Shown here in pieces: positions 37,038-46,539 of a stretch of DNA of 64,000 bases. A program made the translations under genes and the position numbers. Location: NCBI GenBank assembly GCA_030612025.1, contig JAUWOR010000003.1:64001-128000 (forward strand), given 5' to 3'. This DNA is from Dehalococcoidia bacterium (lineage in GTDB: Bacteria > Chloroflexota > Dehalococcoidia > GIF9 > AB-539-J10). Each line of letters starts with the position of its first letter. Within the stretch, counting starts at the first letter, position 1. The notes under the pieces were generated by a model. The model saw only the letters and a program-made list of their open reading frames with translations, was not told where the DNA came from and made no database searches.

Positions 37038-38310
37038 AACTAAGCAAATCCTCAAACTTGGCTACAAGCTCACCGAAATCGGCGAGATTCCTGAGGAGTG
37101 GGAGGTGGTGAGGCTGGGGGACAAGAATGAAAGGGTCGCTGAAATTATAATGTGTCAATCTCCGCCTTCTTCAACTTATAACGACAGAGGGGTAGGTTTA
37201 CCCTTTTTACAAGGAAAAGCGGAGTTTGGAGAGATCTATCCAACTCTGAAAATCTATACTTCAAGACCAACGAAAATAGCTGAAAGAAGGGACATTCTAA
37301 TTTCAGTCCGAGCACCTGTAGGAGAGGTAAATTTAACACCTTCTAAATGTTGTATAGGCAGGGGCTTGTCTGCCATAAGACCTAAACCGTCAAAATTAGA
37401 CTATAAGTTTGCCTTTTACTATTCTAAACAGGCAAATCATCAATTATTGGCCATGGCTACAGGTTCAACCTTTGGGGCTGTTAAAAAGGAGGATTTAATA
37501 AGCTTTCTAATCCCTCTTCCTCCCCTCCCAGAGCAGCAAAAAATTGCTGAAATCCTGTCTACTGTTGACGAAGCCATCCAGAAGAGCGATGAGATAATCG
37601 AGAAAACCCGGGAGCTCAAGAAGGGCTTGATGCAGCAACTATTAACCCGTGGCATTAGCCACACCAAATTTAAGCAAACCGAAATCGGCGAGATTCCTGA
37701 GGAGTGGAAGGTGGTGAGGCTGGGAGAGATCACTGAAATAATTGGAGGAGGGACTCCTTCAACAAGGGATAGTCACTATTGGAATGGGAATATACCCTTT
37801 GTAATACCAACAGATATAACCAATTTAAGAAATAATTACTTGGAAAGGACTGAAAACTACATTACAGAAGAAGGCCTAAAGAATAGTTCAGCGAAATTAT
37901 TACCAGTTGGGACTGTTTTGCTTACAAGCAGAGCAACTATAGGCTTTTGTGCAATAAACAAGATTCCAGTAGCAACAAATCAAGGGTTTGCTAGTTTAAT
38001 TTGTGGGGAAAGAGTCTTAAATTCTTACATCTTGTATTCTATGAGATTTATTACGAACAAGTTAGAATCTCTTGCTTCTGGAAGCACGTTTAGAGAGGTA
38101 TCAAAAACAACTCTCAAAAGTCTCAAACTCCCTCTCCCTCCATTCCTCGAGCAGCGAAAAATCGCTGAAATCCTCTCAACCGTGGACGAGAAAATAGAAG
38201 TGGAAAGGCGGAGGAAGGAGAAATTAGAGGAGCTTAAGAAGGGTTTGATGCAAGTTTTGCTAACAGGCAAAGTTAGAGTTACAGGGTCGTTAGAGTCTGT
38301 AGAGTCATAG
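37027..38310 (+). CDS. hsdS: type I R-M specificity subunit
   Basis: Two TRDs, EIGEIPEEW and PLPP..EQ.KIA repeats. Confidence 0.95.
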   Translation: MKDKTKQILKLGYKLTEIGEIPEEWEVVRLGDKNERVAEIIMCQSPPSSTYNDRGVGLPFLQGKAEFGEIYPTLKIYTSRPTKIAERRDILISVRAPVGEVNLTPSKCCIGRGLSAIRPKPSKLDYKFAFYYSKQANHQLLAMATGSTFGAVKKEDLISFLIPLPPLPEQQKIAEILSTVDEAIQKSDEIIEKTRELKKGLMQQLLTRGISHTKFKQTEIGEIPEEWKVVRLGEITEIIGGGTPSTRDSHYWNGNIPFVIPTDITNLRNNYLERTENYITEEGLKNSSAKLLPVGTVLLTSRATIGFCAINKIPVATNQGFASLICGERVLNSYILYSMRFITNKLESLASGSTFREVSKTTLKSLKLPLPPFLEQRKIAEILSTVDEKIEVERRRKEKLEELKKGLMQVLLTGKVRVTGSLESVES

Positions 38311-38381
38311 AGTTTATGGGGGCAAGAGTCTAAGTTATGGGGGTAATTAAAAGGTTTAAGGTAGGAAAAGTGGGTTAAAAA

Positions 38382-41273
38382 ATGGTTTCTAACTCTCGAC
38401 TCTCGACTCAACAGACTGGTATGTATACTGAAGCTGGCATTGTCGAAAAACCCATCATTGCATGGCTTCAGGAGCTTGGCTGGAGATATACGCCGTCTTC
38501 CAATCTTCGTCGAACTCCAGAGGAGCCCTTCGAATTTGCTACTTTAAGGAAAGCCATTACCAGGCTTAATCTTGGCGTTATCGAAACCGATGAAGCGGTG
38601 GAGCGGGTTGTTTCCAAGCTGCAGCGTCTATCTAACGATATATCTGGAAATAAGGAGTTCTTAGATTGGCTTAAGGGTGAGAAGAGTATCATTTTAAAGC
38701 CAGGACAGAAAGCAAAGACCGTCAGGCTCATTGATTACGAGCATGTTAACAGTAACTCCTTTGTAGTAACCAACCAGTTCAGGTTTTCTGGATATGAAAC
38801 TCGCAGGTTTGATATCGTCCTTATGGTTAACGGCATCCCTTTGGTCATTATTGAAGCCAAGAAACCTACAGCAACTTATGACTACACCGAAGCTATGAAG
38901 CAGCTCCTGCGTTATCACAGAGAGGCACCGCAAATCTTCAAATATCTCGCCTTTGTTTGTGCCACCGATGGCATGACATTCAAATATAACTGGGTGGATG
39001 AAAATAATTACTCCTACTGGAAAAATCCAGCTTTCTTTGACCCTGTTGAAGGAGCAGCAAAGGGATTATTTGCTCGCCGAGGGTTTCTGGACATGGTTAA
39101 CAACTTTATCGTCTTTGAAAAGACAAAGGAGGAGCTTACCAAGAAGATAGCCCGATATCAGCAAGTCTCAGCAGCCAATAAGGTTGTAGAACGAGTTTTG
39201 AAAGGTAAGCCTAAAACTGGCTTGATATGGCATACTCAAGGCTCGGGCAAGACCCTAACTATGCTTTTTGCCGCCTGGAAATTGAAGAAAATACCAAGAT
39301 TGAGAAACCCCACTATTTTAGTGGTGGTGGATAGAATTGAACTTGAAAGCCAGCTTTCCGGCGTATTTAAGAATGTCGAGCTTCCCTACACCGCTAAAGC
39401 TGAAAGTATCCAGGATTTGAAAAAGAAGCTCGCCAAGGATAGCCGAGAGGTCATCATCACCACCGTGCAAAAATTTGAAGGGGTGGAAACTATTCTTAAC
39501 GAGAGGGAAAACATCGTAGTCTTTGTTGATGAGGCTCACCGAACTCAATACAGTCTCCTCGCTGCCTCGATGAGAAAAGCCTTGCCTAATGCTCTAATCT
39601 TTGGCTTCACCGGCACGCCCATTGACAAAGGTCCGACTGGAAAAAGTACCTTCCGCACTTTCTGCTCCAGGGGAGAAAAATATCTGGACAAATACCCCAT
39701 TGGGCAATCCATCGCTGATGGTTCAACGGTTCCAATCTACTATCTCCCTCGCCTGGTTTCTTATCATATAGATAAAGAGACTTTAGACCGGGAATTTTTC
39801 AGCCTCACTTCGGACCTCACCGACGAGGAACAAGAAAGGGTGATGGAAAGGACCACCAAACTAAAAGAGGTCCTAAAGTCAAAAGACCATGTGGAAAAGG
39901 TAGCCAAAGACATTGCCGAGCACTTCAAAGCTCATGTCGAACCGAATCGCTTTAAAGCTCAATTAGTCGCCGTAGATAGGGAGGCTTGTGCTTTATATAA
40001 GGAAGAGCTGAAGAAGCATCTACTCGATGAGTGGTCAGTGGTTATCTACACACCAGCACAAAACGATAGCGAGCTACTAAAAAAATACCACCTGCCAAAG
40101 GAGGAGCAATTAAGAATCGCCAGAGTTGATTACCAAAAGCAGGATGAGAATCCCAGAATTCTAATTGTCACCGATATGCTTCTTACCGGCTTCGATGCTC
40201 CTGTTGAGCAAGTGATGTATTTAGACAAGCCCCTAAGAGACCACAAGCTACTTCAAGCTATTGCCAGAACCAATCGTCCCTATCCCCACAAAGAAGGCGG
40301 CATCATTGTTGATTATATCGGCATTTTCGACAATCTTATGAAGGCTCTGAACTTTGAGCAAGAGGATATTGAAGGAGTTGCCTTCAACTTTGATGAGCTG
40401 AAGGACAGATTCAGACAGATTATCTCAGAGTTGCTGCGATTGTTCAAACATGTAAAACGAGATGGCTCTAGAGCCTCCCTGCTTAAAGCTATCAGGGTTT
40501 TGGAAAATGAGGAAAATCTGAAATCGTTCAAGGGGAAATTGACTATCCTCGAAAGGCTTTTTGAGACCATATCTCCTGACCCCTTTGTGCTGCAATTCAA
40601 AGACGATTACCTCTGGCTAATTCAGGTCAATGAAGCCTATAACAAGTTTATAAGGCGGGAAGAGAAGCCTCTTTATACTCATGAAGAGAAGACAAAGGAA
40701 CTTATCAGACAGAATGTCAAAGTCGACCAAGTGGGCAGCATTCCCATGCTGAAAATTGACAGGACTTATCTGAAACAGCTTGAAGGTCTCGGCTATTCTG
40801 AAGAAGAGCAAATAATAGAGATGAAACAAGCTATCACTTACCACATAAAGATAAACATTGAGAAAAACCCTGTCTATGAGACGCTGAGCCAAAGACTGGA
40901 GCGAATCCTGAAAGAAAAGGATGGCTGGAGACTTCTGGAATCGCTGAAGGCGTTAATCAAGGAAATTAACGAAATAGAAGACAAAGCCAAAAGGCTCAAT
41001 CTTTCTCCTGAAGAATACGCTCTACTCGAGGTTTTGAAGAGGTACTTTCTTGATATGGATGAGGAGAGAGGTGCTGAATTTGCCCAAAGCCTTTTTGGCA
41101 AAGTTGGACCGGAGCTATTTCCAGGTTGGCACGAGAAAAAACAGGTGGTCCAAGAAATTGAAAAGGAGCTTTTTGATGAATGCTTTGCGGAATTCTTTGG
41201 GAAAATCAGTAATAGACAAATTGCTGCTATGTCGGAGCAGATGACCACTTATTTGACGAGATTCGATATCTGA
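38382..41273 (+). CDS. hsdR: type I R-M restriction subunit
   Basis: IEAK, HTQGSGKT, DEAHR, FTGTP, LTGFDAP, QAIARTNR. Confidence 0.95.
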   Translation: MVSNSRLSTQQTGMYTEAGIVEKPIIAWLQELGWRYTPSSNLRRTPEEPFEFATLRKAITRLNLGVIETDEAVERVVSKLQRLSNDISGNKEFLDWLKGEKSIILKPGQKAKTVRLIDYEHVNSNSFVVTNQFRFSGYETRRFDIVLMVNGIPLVIIEAKKPTATYDYTEAMKQLLRYHREAPQIFKYLAFVCATDGMTFKYNWVDENNYSYWKNPAFFDPVEGAAKGLFARRGFLDMVNNFIVFEKTKEELTKKIARYQQVSAANKVVERVLKGKPKTGLIWHTQGSGKTLTMLFAAWKLKKIPRLRNPTILVVVDRIELESQLSGVFKNVELPYTAKAESIQDLKKKLAKDSREVIITTVQKFEGVETILNERENIVVFVDEAHRTQYSLLAASMRKALPNALIFGFTGTPIDKGPTGKSTFRTFCSRGEKYLDKYPIGQSIADGSTVPIYYLPRLVSYHIDKETLDREFFSLTSDLTDEEQERVMERTTKLKEVLKSKDHVEKVAKDIAEHFKAHVEPNRFKAQLVAVDREACALYKEELKKHLLDEWSVVIYTPAQNDSELLKKYHLPKEEQLRIARVDYQKQDENPRILIVTDMLLTGFDAPVEQVMYLDKPLRDHKLLQAIARTNRPYPHKEGGIIVDYIGIFDNLMKALNFEQEDIEGVAFNFDELKDRFRQIISELLRLFKHVKRDGSRASLLKAIRVLENEENLKSFKGKLTILERLFETISPDPFVLQFKDDYLWLIQVNEAYNKFIRREEKPLYTHEEKTKELIRQNVKVDQVGSIPMLKIDRTYLKQLEGLGYSEEEQIIEMKQAITYHIKINIEKNPVYETLSQRLERILKEKDGWRLLESLKALIKEINEIEDKAKRLNLSPEEYALLEVLKRYFLDMDEERGAEFAQSLFGKVGPELFPGWHEKKQVVQEIEKELFDECFAEFFGKISNRQIAAMSEQMTTYLTRFDI

Positions 41274-41275
41274 GG

Positions 41276-41950
41276 ATGACAATGCCGGTATTAGAGGTAA
41301 ACGGGAAGAGAATTACTTGCGATATTAAGCGTAAGGATATTCGCCATGTTTATTTAAAGCTTAACCCAAACCTTCGACTGGAGGTCAGCCTTCCTTACAA
41401 TGCGGATGTAAGTGCCGATAGCATCTTGGAGAAAAAGCGCCCCTGGATTGAGAGAAAGGTTAAAGAGATATCCGAGGCAAAGAGGATTTTCAATGACGAT
41501 TCAGTTCTGTATAAAGGGGAATACATCAGGGTAAAAGCTTATGCAGCAAGGAAACCTAGTAAGGGAGTAAGGCTATATAGGAAAGTTATCTTTGTTTATG
41601 AAGACTCTGAGAAGAAAAGAGATGAGATTCTAATTGATTTCATAACTAGGCAGACACTTGAATATATTCAACAGAAGGCAGCGGAATTCGCCAAGAAATT
41701 AGGGGTAACTTACAATCACATCTCCCCGAGAGAGACGAAAAGATGGGGATATTGCACCAGAGAGGGGAATCTTTTCTTCAACTGGAGACTCATATGCTTG
41801 CCTCAACGCTTGGTTGACTATATTATCCTTCACGAATTCCTTCACTTAAAACATTTCAACCACTCAAAGCAATTTAAGAAAGATATCGCTAGGTATTTCC
41901 TAGATTATAAAGAGCTTGAGGTGATGTTAAGGAGCTATATTGCAAATTGA
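41276..41950 (+). CDS. YgjP/M48-like (DUF45) metallohydrolase
   Basis: RWGYC, HEFLH...NHS. Confidence 0.88.
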   Translation: MTMPVLEVNGKRITCDIKRKDIRHVYLKLNPNLRLEVSLPYNADVSADSILEKKRPWIERKVKEISEAKRIFNDDSVLYKGEYIRVKAYAARKPSKGVRLYRKVIFVYEDSEKKRDEILIDFITRQTLEYIQQKAAEFAKKLGVTYNHISPRETKRWGYCTREGNLFFNWRLICLPQRLVDYIILHEFLHLKHFNHSKQFKKDIARYFLDYKELEVMLRSYIAN

Positions 41951-42066
41951 GTATTATGAGGAGAGAAGTTGATGGGGCTGAATTACTTTCTCTTTAACAC
42001 TTCGCTGGGGTGGATGGGAATCCTGGGCTCGCAAGATGGACTAAGGAAGCGAAATTGAGACTAAAA

Positions 42067-45000
42067 CTACGTGAGCCGTTGCTCAAACCTTAAATTGCCT
42101 TCACCCAATATACTGCTCAATTCACTTGCTAGTTCAGGGCAGTAGTTTACAGTTATTTCAGGCATATCCAGGTTAGTTATCTCATCCTCAACAATGATAG
42201 CGAGAGAGACTCTATCCTGCCCAGGATAGCTTTGTAGGATACTAATAACCTTGCGTAGGCACTCGATATCCTCTTCGGCATTGCCTGTCTGGTTGAGGTT
42301 TATTATAAGATGGCGCCGTTCACCCTCACCCCCTCCTTTTGAGGGAGAGGGTGTATCTTGAGGCTGGTAGCGCTGTGCTTGCTGGCAATTTAACTGCACT
42401 CTTCCATCTCTTACCTTCACTAACCCTTTAACCAAGAGGATATTGCCTTCCTCCCATAGCTCTTTAGTGTTTTCATAAAGCCCTGGCCAAGTGATAACTT
42501 GCACACTGCCATCCAAGTCCTCAAGCGCCGCAATAACAAAGGGGCGTTTATCACGAGTATAAGCATGACGCACTGAGGCCACCATCCCAGCAATTACTAC
42601 CGTTTCATTAGCCATATCAGTACTGATTTCACTACAGGAAATGAGATTGCTTCGCTGCCCCTTCGCTGTGCTCAGGGCTTCGGCTCGCAATGACTGGGCT
42701 AGGGAATCAAGAGGCGACGAGGAGAAATAAACGCCCAATAATTCTCTTTCCCAATCCAGCTTTTGCTTAGTAGATACATCTTCACCTTTTTTTATCTCTG
42801 GATCGAGAACAAAAACAGGGGATGTCAAATCAAACAGGCTCACTTGTCCCGACTCTTTCATTCGTTGCTCCATTTGAGCTAAGGAGACAATCTTGTTAAT
42901 TGATTTAAGAAGCGCCCCCCGACTACCCAAGGAGTCAAAGGCACCAGCTTTAATCAAGCTTTCCAAGACCTTCTTATTAATATTACGCAAATCGACTCGA
43001 TGGCAAAAATCCTCGATAGACTTGAAAACACCCCCTTGCTTGCGGGCAGACAAGATACACTCAATAGGTGAAGGGCCGACATTTTTGATAGCAGCTAGCC
43101 CAAAACAGATCGCTACCTCAATGGCAAAGTTAACCTGGCTCTTATTAATATCTGGAGGAAGCACCTGAATACCCAACCTGCGGCATTCAGCTACCGCTGA
43201 GCGAACCTTCTCCATATTATCCCAATAAGTGTTAAGGAAAGCAGTCATGTATTCGGTGGGATAGTTTGCCTTAAGATAGGCACCGCGATAGGCAATGAGG
43301 GCATAGCTTACACTATGAGCTTTATTGAAGGCATAGCCAGCAAAGGGCTCGATTAAGGAAAATACCTCCTTAGCCAATTCCGTCGGTATACCCTTCTTGT
43401 TGGCTCCGGCAATGAAGTTCTTTTCTTCCTTCTTCATCACCTTTGGTATCTTTTTTCCCATGGCTTTACGGAAGATATCAGCCTGTCCCGGGCTGTAGCC
43501 AGCTAGAGCCTGGGCAATAAATATTACCTGCTCCTGATAGACAATGACTCCGTAGGTTTCCTCTAGGATTTCCTTTAAGGCTGGGTGAGGATAATGAACC
43601 GGAATAACCCCTTGCTTGGCTTTGATGAAAGTAGGAATCTGTTCCATTGGTCCCGGGCGGTAAAGCGCTACCATGGCAGCGATATCGCTGAAATTGGTGG
43701 GCTTAAGTTCTTCTATGTAGCGGCGCATGCCACTGCCTTCTAGTTGGAAGATACCTTTAGTTTCTCCCGAAGCAAGCAGCTTGAAAGTCTTGCTATCATT
43801 GAGAGGGATACTTGGCAAATCTATAGAGATTCCGCGTTTTTCCTTTACGGTCTCCGTGGCTTTAGCCAAAATGGTCAAATTGGATAGCCCCAGGAAATCC
43901 ATTTTTAAGAGTCCGAGGCGAGCAATGTTTTCCATATGGAACTGAGTCATAACAGCATGCTGCTTTCCTTTGCCTACTAGCTGCAAAGGTACATACTCAG
44001 TTAAGGGGTCGTGTGATATAACAACACCGGCAGCATGGGTGCTGGCATGTCTGACGAGGCCTTCCAACTTCCTGGCCGAATCAATTAAGTTGCGTACTGT
44101 CTCATCCTGACAATAGATTTCGTTAAGCTCCTTGCTCTCTTCCAGGGCCCTGCCCAAGGTTATAGTTAACTCTAAAGGAATAATTCGAGCCACTCGATCA
44201 ACCTGGCTATAAGGCAGGCCTAAAGCCCGTCCAGTATCTCTTAACGCCGCTCTAGCCCCCATGGTGCCAAAGGTAATGATTTGAGCTACATGGTTAGTGC
44301 CATATTTCTGGTTGACATAAGTCAAAACTTCATCACGACGGTCATCTTGGAAATCGAGGTCAATATCGGGAAGTTCAACCCGCTCCACATTAAGGAAGCG
44401 TTCAAACACAAGCTCGTAAGCTAAAGGATCGATGTTGGTGATGCCAAGGCTGTAAAGAGCCAAGCTAGCAGCAGCACTCCCCCGAACACCAAAGTGGATG
44501 CCTTGGCTTCGGGCAAAGGAGGTGATATCCCAAACAACGAGGAAGTAATCGGCAAACCTTGTTTTTTGGATGACTTCGAGTTCGTAGCTAAGACGTTTCT
44601 TGATCTGAGGGGTCAGTTCTGAGTAACGCTTTTCCAGCCCTTGCCAACAAAGCTCAGCCAAGAAATCATCTGCTGTTCTGCCTTCTGGTGGCGTCACCTT
44701 AGGCAGATGAAGCTTGGTGAAATCCAATTCCAGTTGACACATATCAGCAATGCGCTGGGTATTCTCTATGGCTTGAGGCAGGTCGCTGAAGAGTTGCTCC
44801 ATTTCCTCAGGGCTTTTGAGATAAAAGAAATCGCCAGCCATCTTTAGTCTTTTTTCATCGTGTATAGATGCATTGGTCTGTATGCACAGCAGAAGTTCAT
44901 GAGCAGGGGCATCTTTCTTATCAATATAATGGACATCAGTAGTAGCCACGGGCGGTATGTCAAGCTTGTTGGATAAGGAAACAAGCTCCCGATTAATTTG

Positions 45001-45546
45001 TTCCAGCTCAGGAATTGGGTGTCTCTGAATCTCTAGATAGTAGTCAGCAAAGGTTTCCTTATACCAGGAAGCCGCCAGAGCAGCTTCGTCAATTCGCCCT
45101 TCCAGAATAAGTCGAGCTAGTTCTCCATGGGTGCAGCCGGAAAGAACAATGAGTCCATCACGGTGAAGCTTTAGAAGTTCCTTATCTATTCTAGGCTTAT
45201 AGTAAAATCCCTCAAGGTAGCTTTTGGTAACTAATTGAATTAAATTATGGTATCCTTTTTTATCCTTAACCAGTAGAGTAAGATGATATGGATTTTTATA
45301 TTTAGGATCTCGACTATGGCAATCGGTTTGAGCCACATAAACTTCACATCCAGTGATCGGCTTTATCCCTGCTTCCTTAGCTGCCAGATAAAAATCAATG
45401 ACACCATACATCGCCCCATGGTCAGTAATAGCCAGGCTGTCCATGCCCAAATCCTTGGTCCTGGAAACAAGCTGGGGAATGCGGCACATACCATCAAGCA
45501 AGCTGTATTCCGTATGAAGATGGAGGTGGGTAAACTTCTGCGGCAT
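42067..45546 (-). CDS. dnaE: DNA polymerase III alpha
   Basis: HLHTEYSLLDG, GSAAAS, PDIDLDF, FNKAHS. Confidence 0.97.
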   Translation of the reverse strand: MPQKFTHLHLHTEYSLLDGMCRIPQLVSRTKDLGMDSLAITDHGAMYGVIDFYLAAKEAGIKPITGCEVYVAQTDCHSRDPKYKNPYHLTLLVKDKKGYHNLIQLVTKSYLEGFYYKPRIDKELLKLHRDGLIVLSGCTHGELARLILEGRIDEAALAASWYKETFADYYLEIQRHPIPELEQINRELVSLSNKLDIPPVATTDVHYIDKKDAPAHELLLCIQTNASIHDEKRLKMAGDFFYLKSPEEMEQLFSDLPQAIENTQRIADMCQLELDFTKLHLPKVTPPEGRTADDFLAELCWQGLEKRYSELTPQIKKRLSYELEVIQKTRFADYFLVVWDITSFARSQGIHFGVRGSAAASLALYSLGITNIDPLAYELVFERFLNVERVELPDIDLDFQDDRRDEVLTYVNQKYGTNHVAQIITFGTMGARAALRDTGRALGLPYSQVDRVARIIPLELTITLGRALEESKELNEIYCQDETVRNLIDSARKLEGLVRHASTHAAGVVISHDPLTEYVPLQLVGKGKQHAVMTQFHMENIARLGLLKMDFLGLSNLTILAKATETVKEKRGISIDLPSIPLNDSKTFKLLASGETKGIFQLEGSGMRRYIEELKPTNFSDIAAMVALYRPGPMEQIPTFIKAKQGVIPVHYPHPALKEILEETYGVIVYQEQVIFIAQALAGYSPGQADIFRKAMGKKIPKVMKKEEKNFIAGANKKGIPTELAKEVFSLIEPFAGYAFNKAHSVSYALIAYRGAYLKANYPTEYMTAFLNTYWDNMEKVRSAVAECRRLGIQVLPPDINKSQVNFAIEVAICFGLAAIKNVGPSPIECILSARKQGGVFKSIEDFCHRVDLRNINKKVLESLIKAGAFDSLGSRGALLKSINKIVSLAQMEQRMKESGQVSLFDLTSPVFVLDPEIKKGEDVSTKQKLDWERELLGVYFSSSPLDSLAQSLRAEALSTAKGQRSNLISCSEISTDMANETVVIAGMVASVRHAYTRDKRPFVIAALEDLDGSVQVITWPGLYENTKELWEEGNILLVKGLVKVRDGRVQLNCQQAQRYQPQDTPSPSKGGGEGERRHLIINLNQTGNAEEDIECLRKVISILQSYPGQDRVSLAIIVEDEITNLDMPEITVNYCPELASELSSILGEGNLRFEQRLT
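42320..42353. repeat. REP-like palindrome in frame within dnaE
   Basis: tcaccctcaccccctccttttgagggagagggtg = TPSPSKGGGEGE. Confidence 0.7.
42643..42694. repeat. nested REP-like palindrome in frame within dnaE
   Basis: gagattgcttcgctg[ccccttcgctgtgctcagggcttcgg]ctcgcaatgac = SLRAEALSTAKGQRSNL. Confidence 0.8.
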
Positions 45547-45565
45547 TTTTTAAATTATAGCACAT

Positions 45566-45637
45566 GTCATTGCGAGCGAAACGAAGCAATCGCTCACTCC
45601 TCCGAGATTGCTTCTGCATTTTATGCCTCGCAATGAC
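45566..45637. repeat. GTCATTGCGAG-family palindrome pair
   Basis: gtcattgcgag..gaagcaatc / gattgcttc..ctcgcaatgac. Confidence 0.85.
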
Positions 45638-45649
45638 CAGGAGTAAAGG

Positions 45650-46372
45650 TTGAAAATCGCTAAAGTTGTTGCTTATTGGCTATTTATAATTTGCGTTCCC
45701 CTTCTGCTCCTTACCAGCACTGTTCGCCTGGGGGTGAATAGCATGCGCCTCTACGAGTATGGCTTCGATAGATATGGTGTAAGCGAAGATACCGGGATAG
45801 ACAGGGAACAGTTAGGCAATGTGGCAAAAAGGCTTGTTGACTACTTTAATTTTAGGGTAGAGACACCTCAAACGATGGTAGTTATTGAGGCTGAGGAAGA
45901 GATTCCGCTGTTTCAGGAAGATGACCAGAACCGCGAACTTACTCATCTCGCAGATGTCAGGCGGCTATTTCAATTTAACCATCGAGTTCAGTTAGCAAGC
46001 CTTGCCTATATCATTATCTATAGCCTAATGTCATTGCGAGGGAAACGAAGCAATCTCAAAAGATGGAAAAGGGGCCGCTGGCAAGATTTAGCTAAAGGAG
46101 TAAGGAACGGATGTGCTCTTGCTTTGGCTCTCATAGCTGTGCTGGGCATCGCCTCAATTCTTATTGACTTTGAGCAATTATTTGTCCAGTTCCACTATGT
46201 TGCCTTTGACAATCCATGGTGGATGAGTTCGGGCTATCTCCCCAAGCTGTTTCCTGAGCAGTTTTGGCAGGACATCGCCTTCTTGGGCGCCGGGGTTATA
46301 GCCGCCGAGGCTTTGCTTCTAGGCGGCATTGCCTGGGCAGCTCCTTTTATTTACCAAAAACATAAGCAGTGA
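45650..46372 (+). CDS. TIGR01906/DUF1461 membrane protein
   Basis: ELTHLADVRRLF, FVQFHYVAFDN.WW, LPKLFPE.F. Confidence 0.85.
   Translation: MKIAKVVAYWLFIICVPLLLLTSTVRLGVNSMRLYEYGFDRYGVSEDTGIDREQLGNVAKRLVDYFNFRVETPQTMVVIEAEEEIPLFQEDDQNRELTHLADVRRLFQFNHRVQLASLAYIIIYSLMSLRGKRSNLKRWKRGRWQDLAKGVRNGCALALALIAVLGIASILIDFEQLFVQFHYVAFDNPWWMSSGYLPKLFPEQFWQDIAFLGAGVIAAEALLLGGIAWAAPFIYQKHKQ
46030..46057. repeat. GTCATTGCGAG-family half repeat in frame within CDS
   Basis: gtcattgcgagggaaacgaagcaatctc = SLRGKRSNL. Confidence 0.8.
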
Positions 46373-46539
46373 GTCAAATCTTTTAATTGCAATCAGCGCG
46401 GGGAGTGTATTATCATGCCTTAAATGATTACAGAGAGGTTTTTTCTCAAATTCGAGTAAAGCCACACCGGAAAAGGGGAAGCAATACCCCGAATATATGG
46501 CGGGTAATTTAGTTAAATTTATCGACTGGCTTCGCCGGT

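Noticed and set aside
42067-45546. Intein in dnaE (also checked recA)
   Set aside because: Normal lengths and no intein terminal motifs
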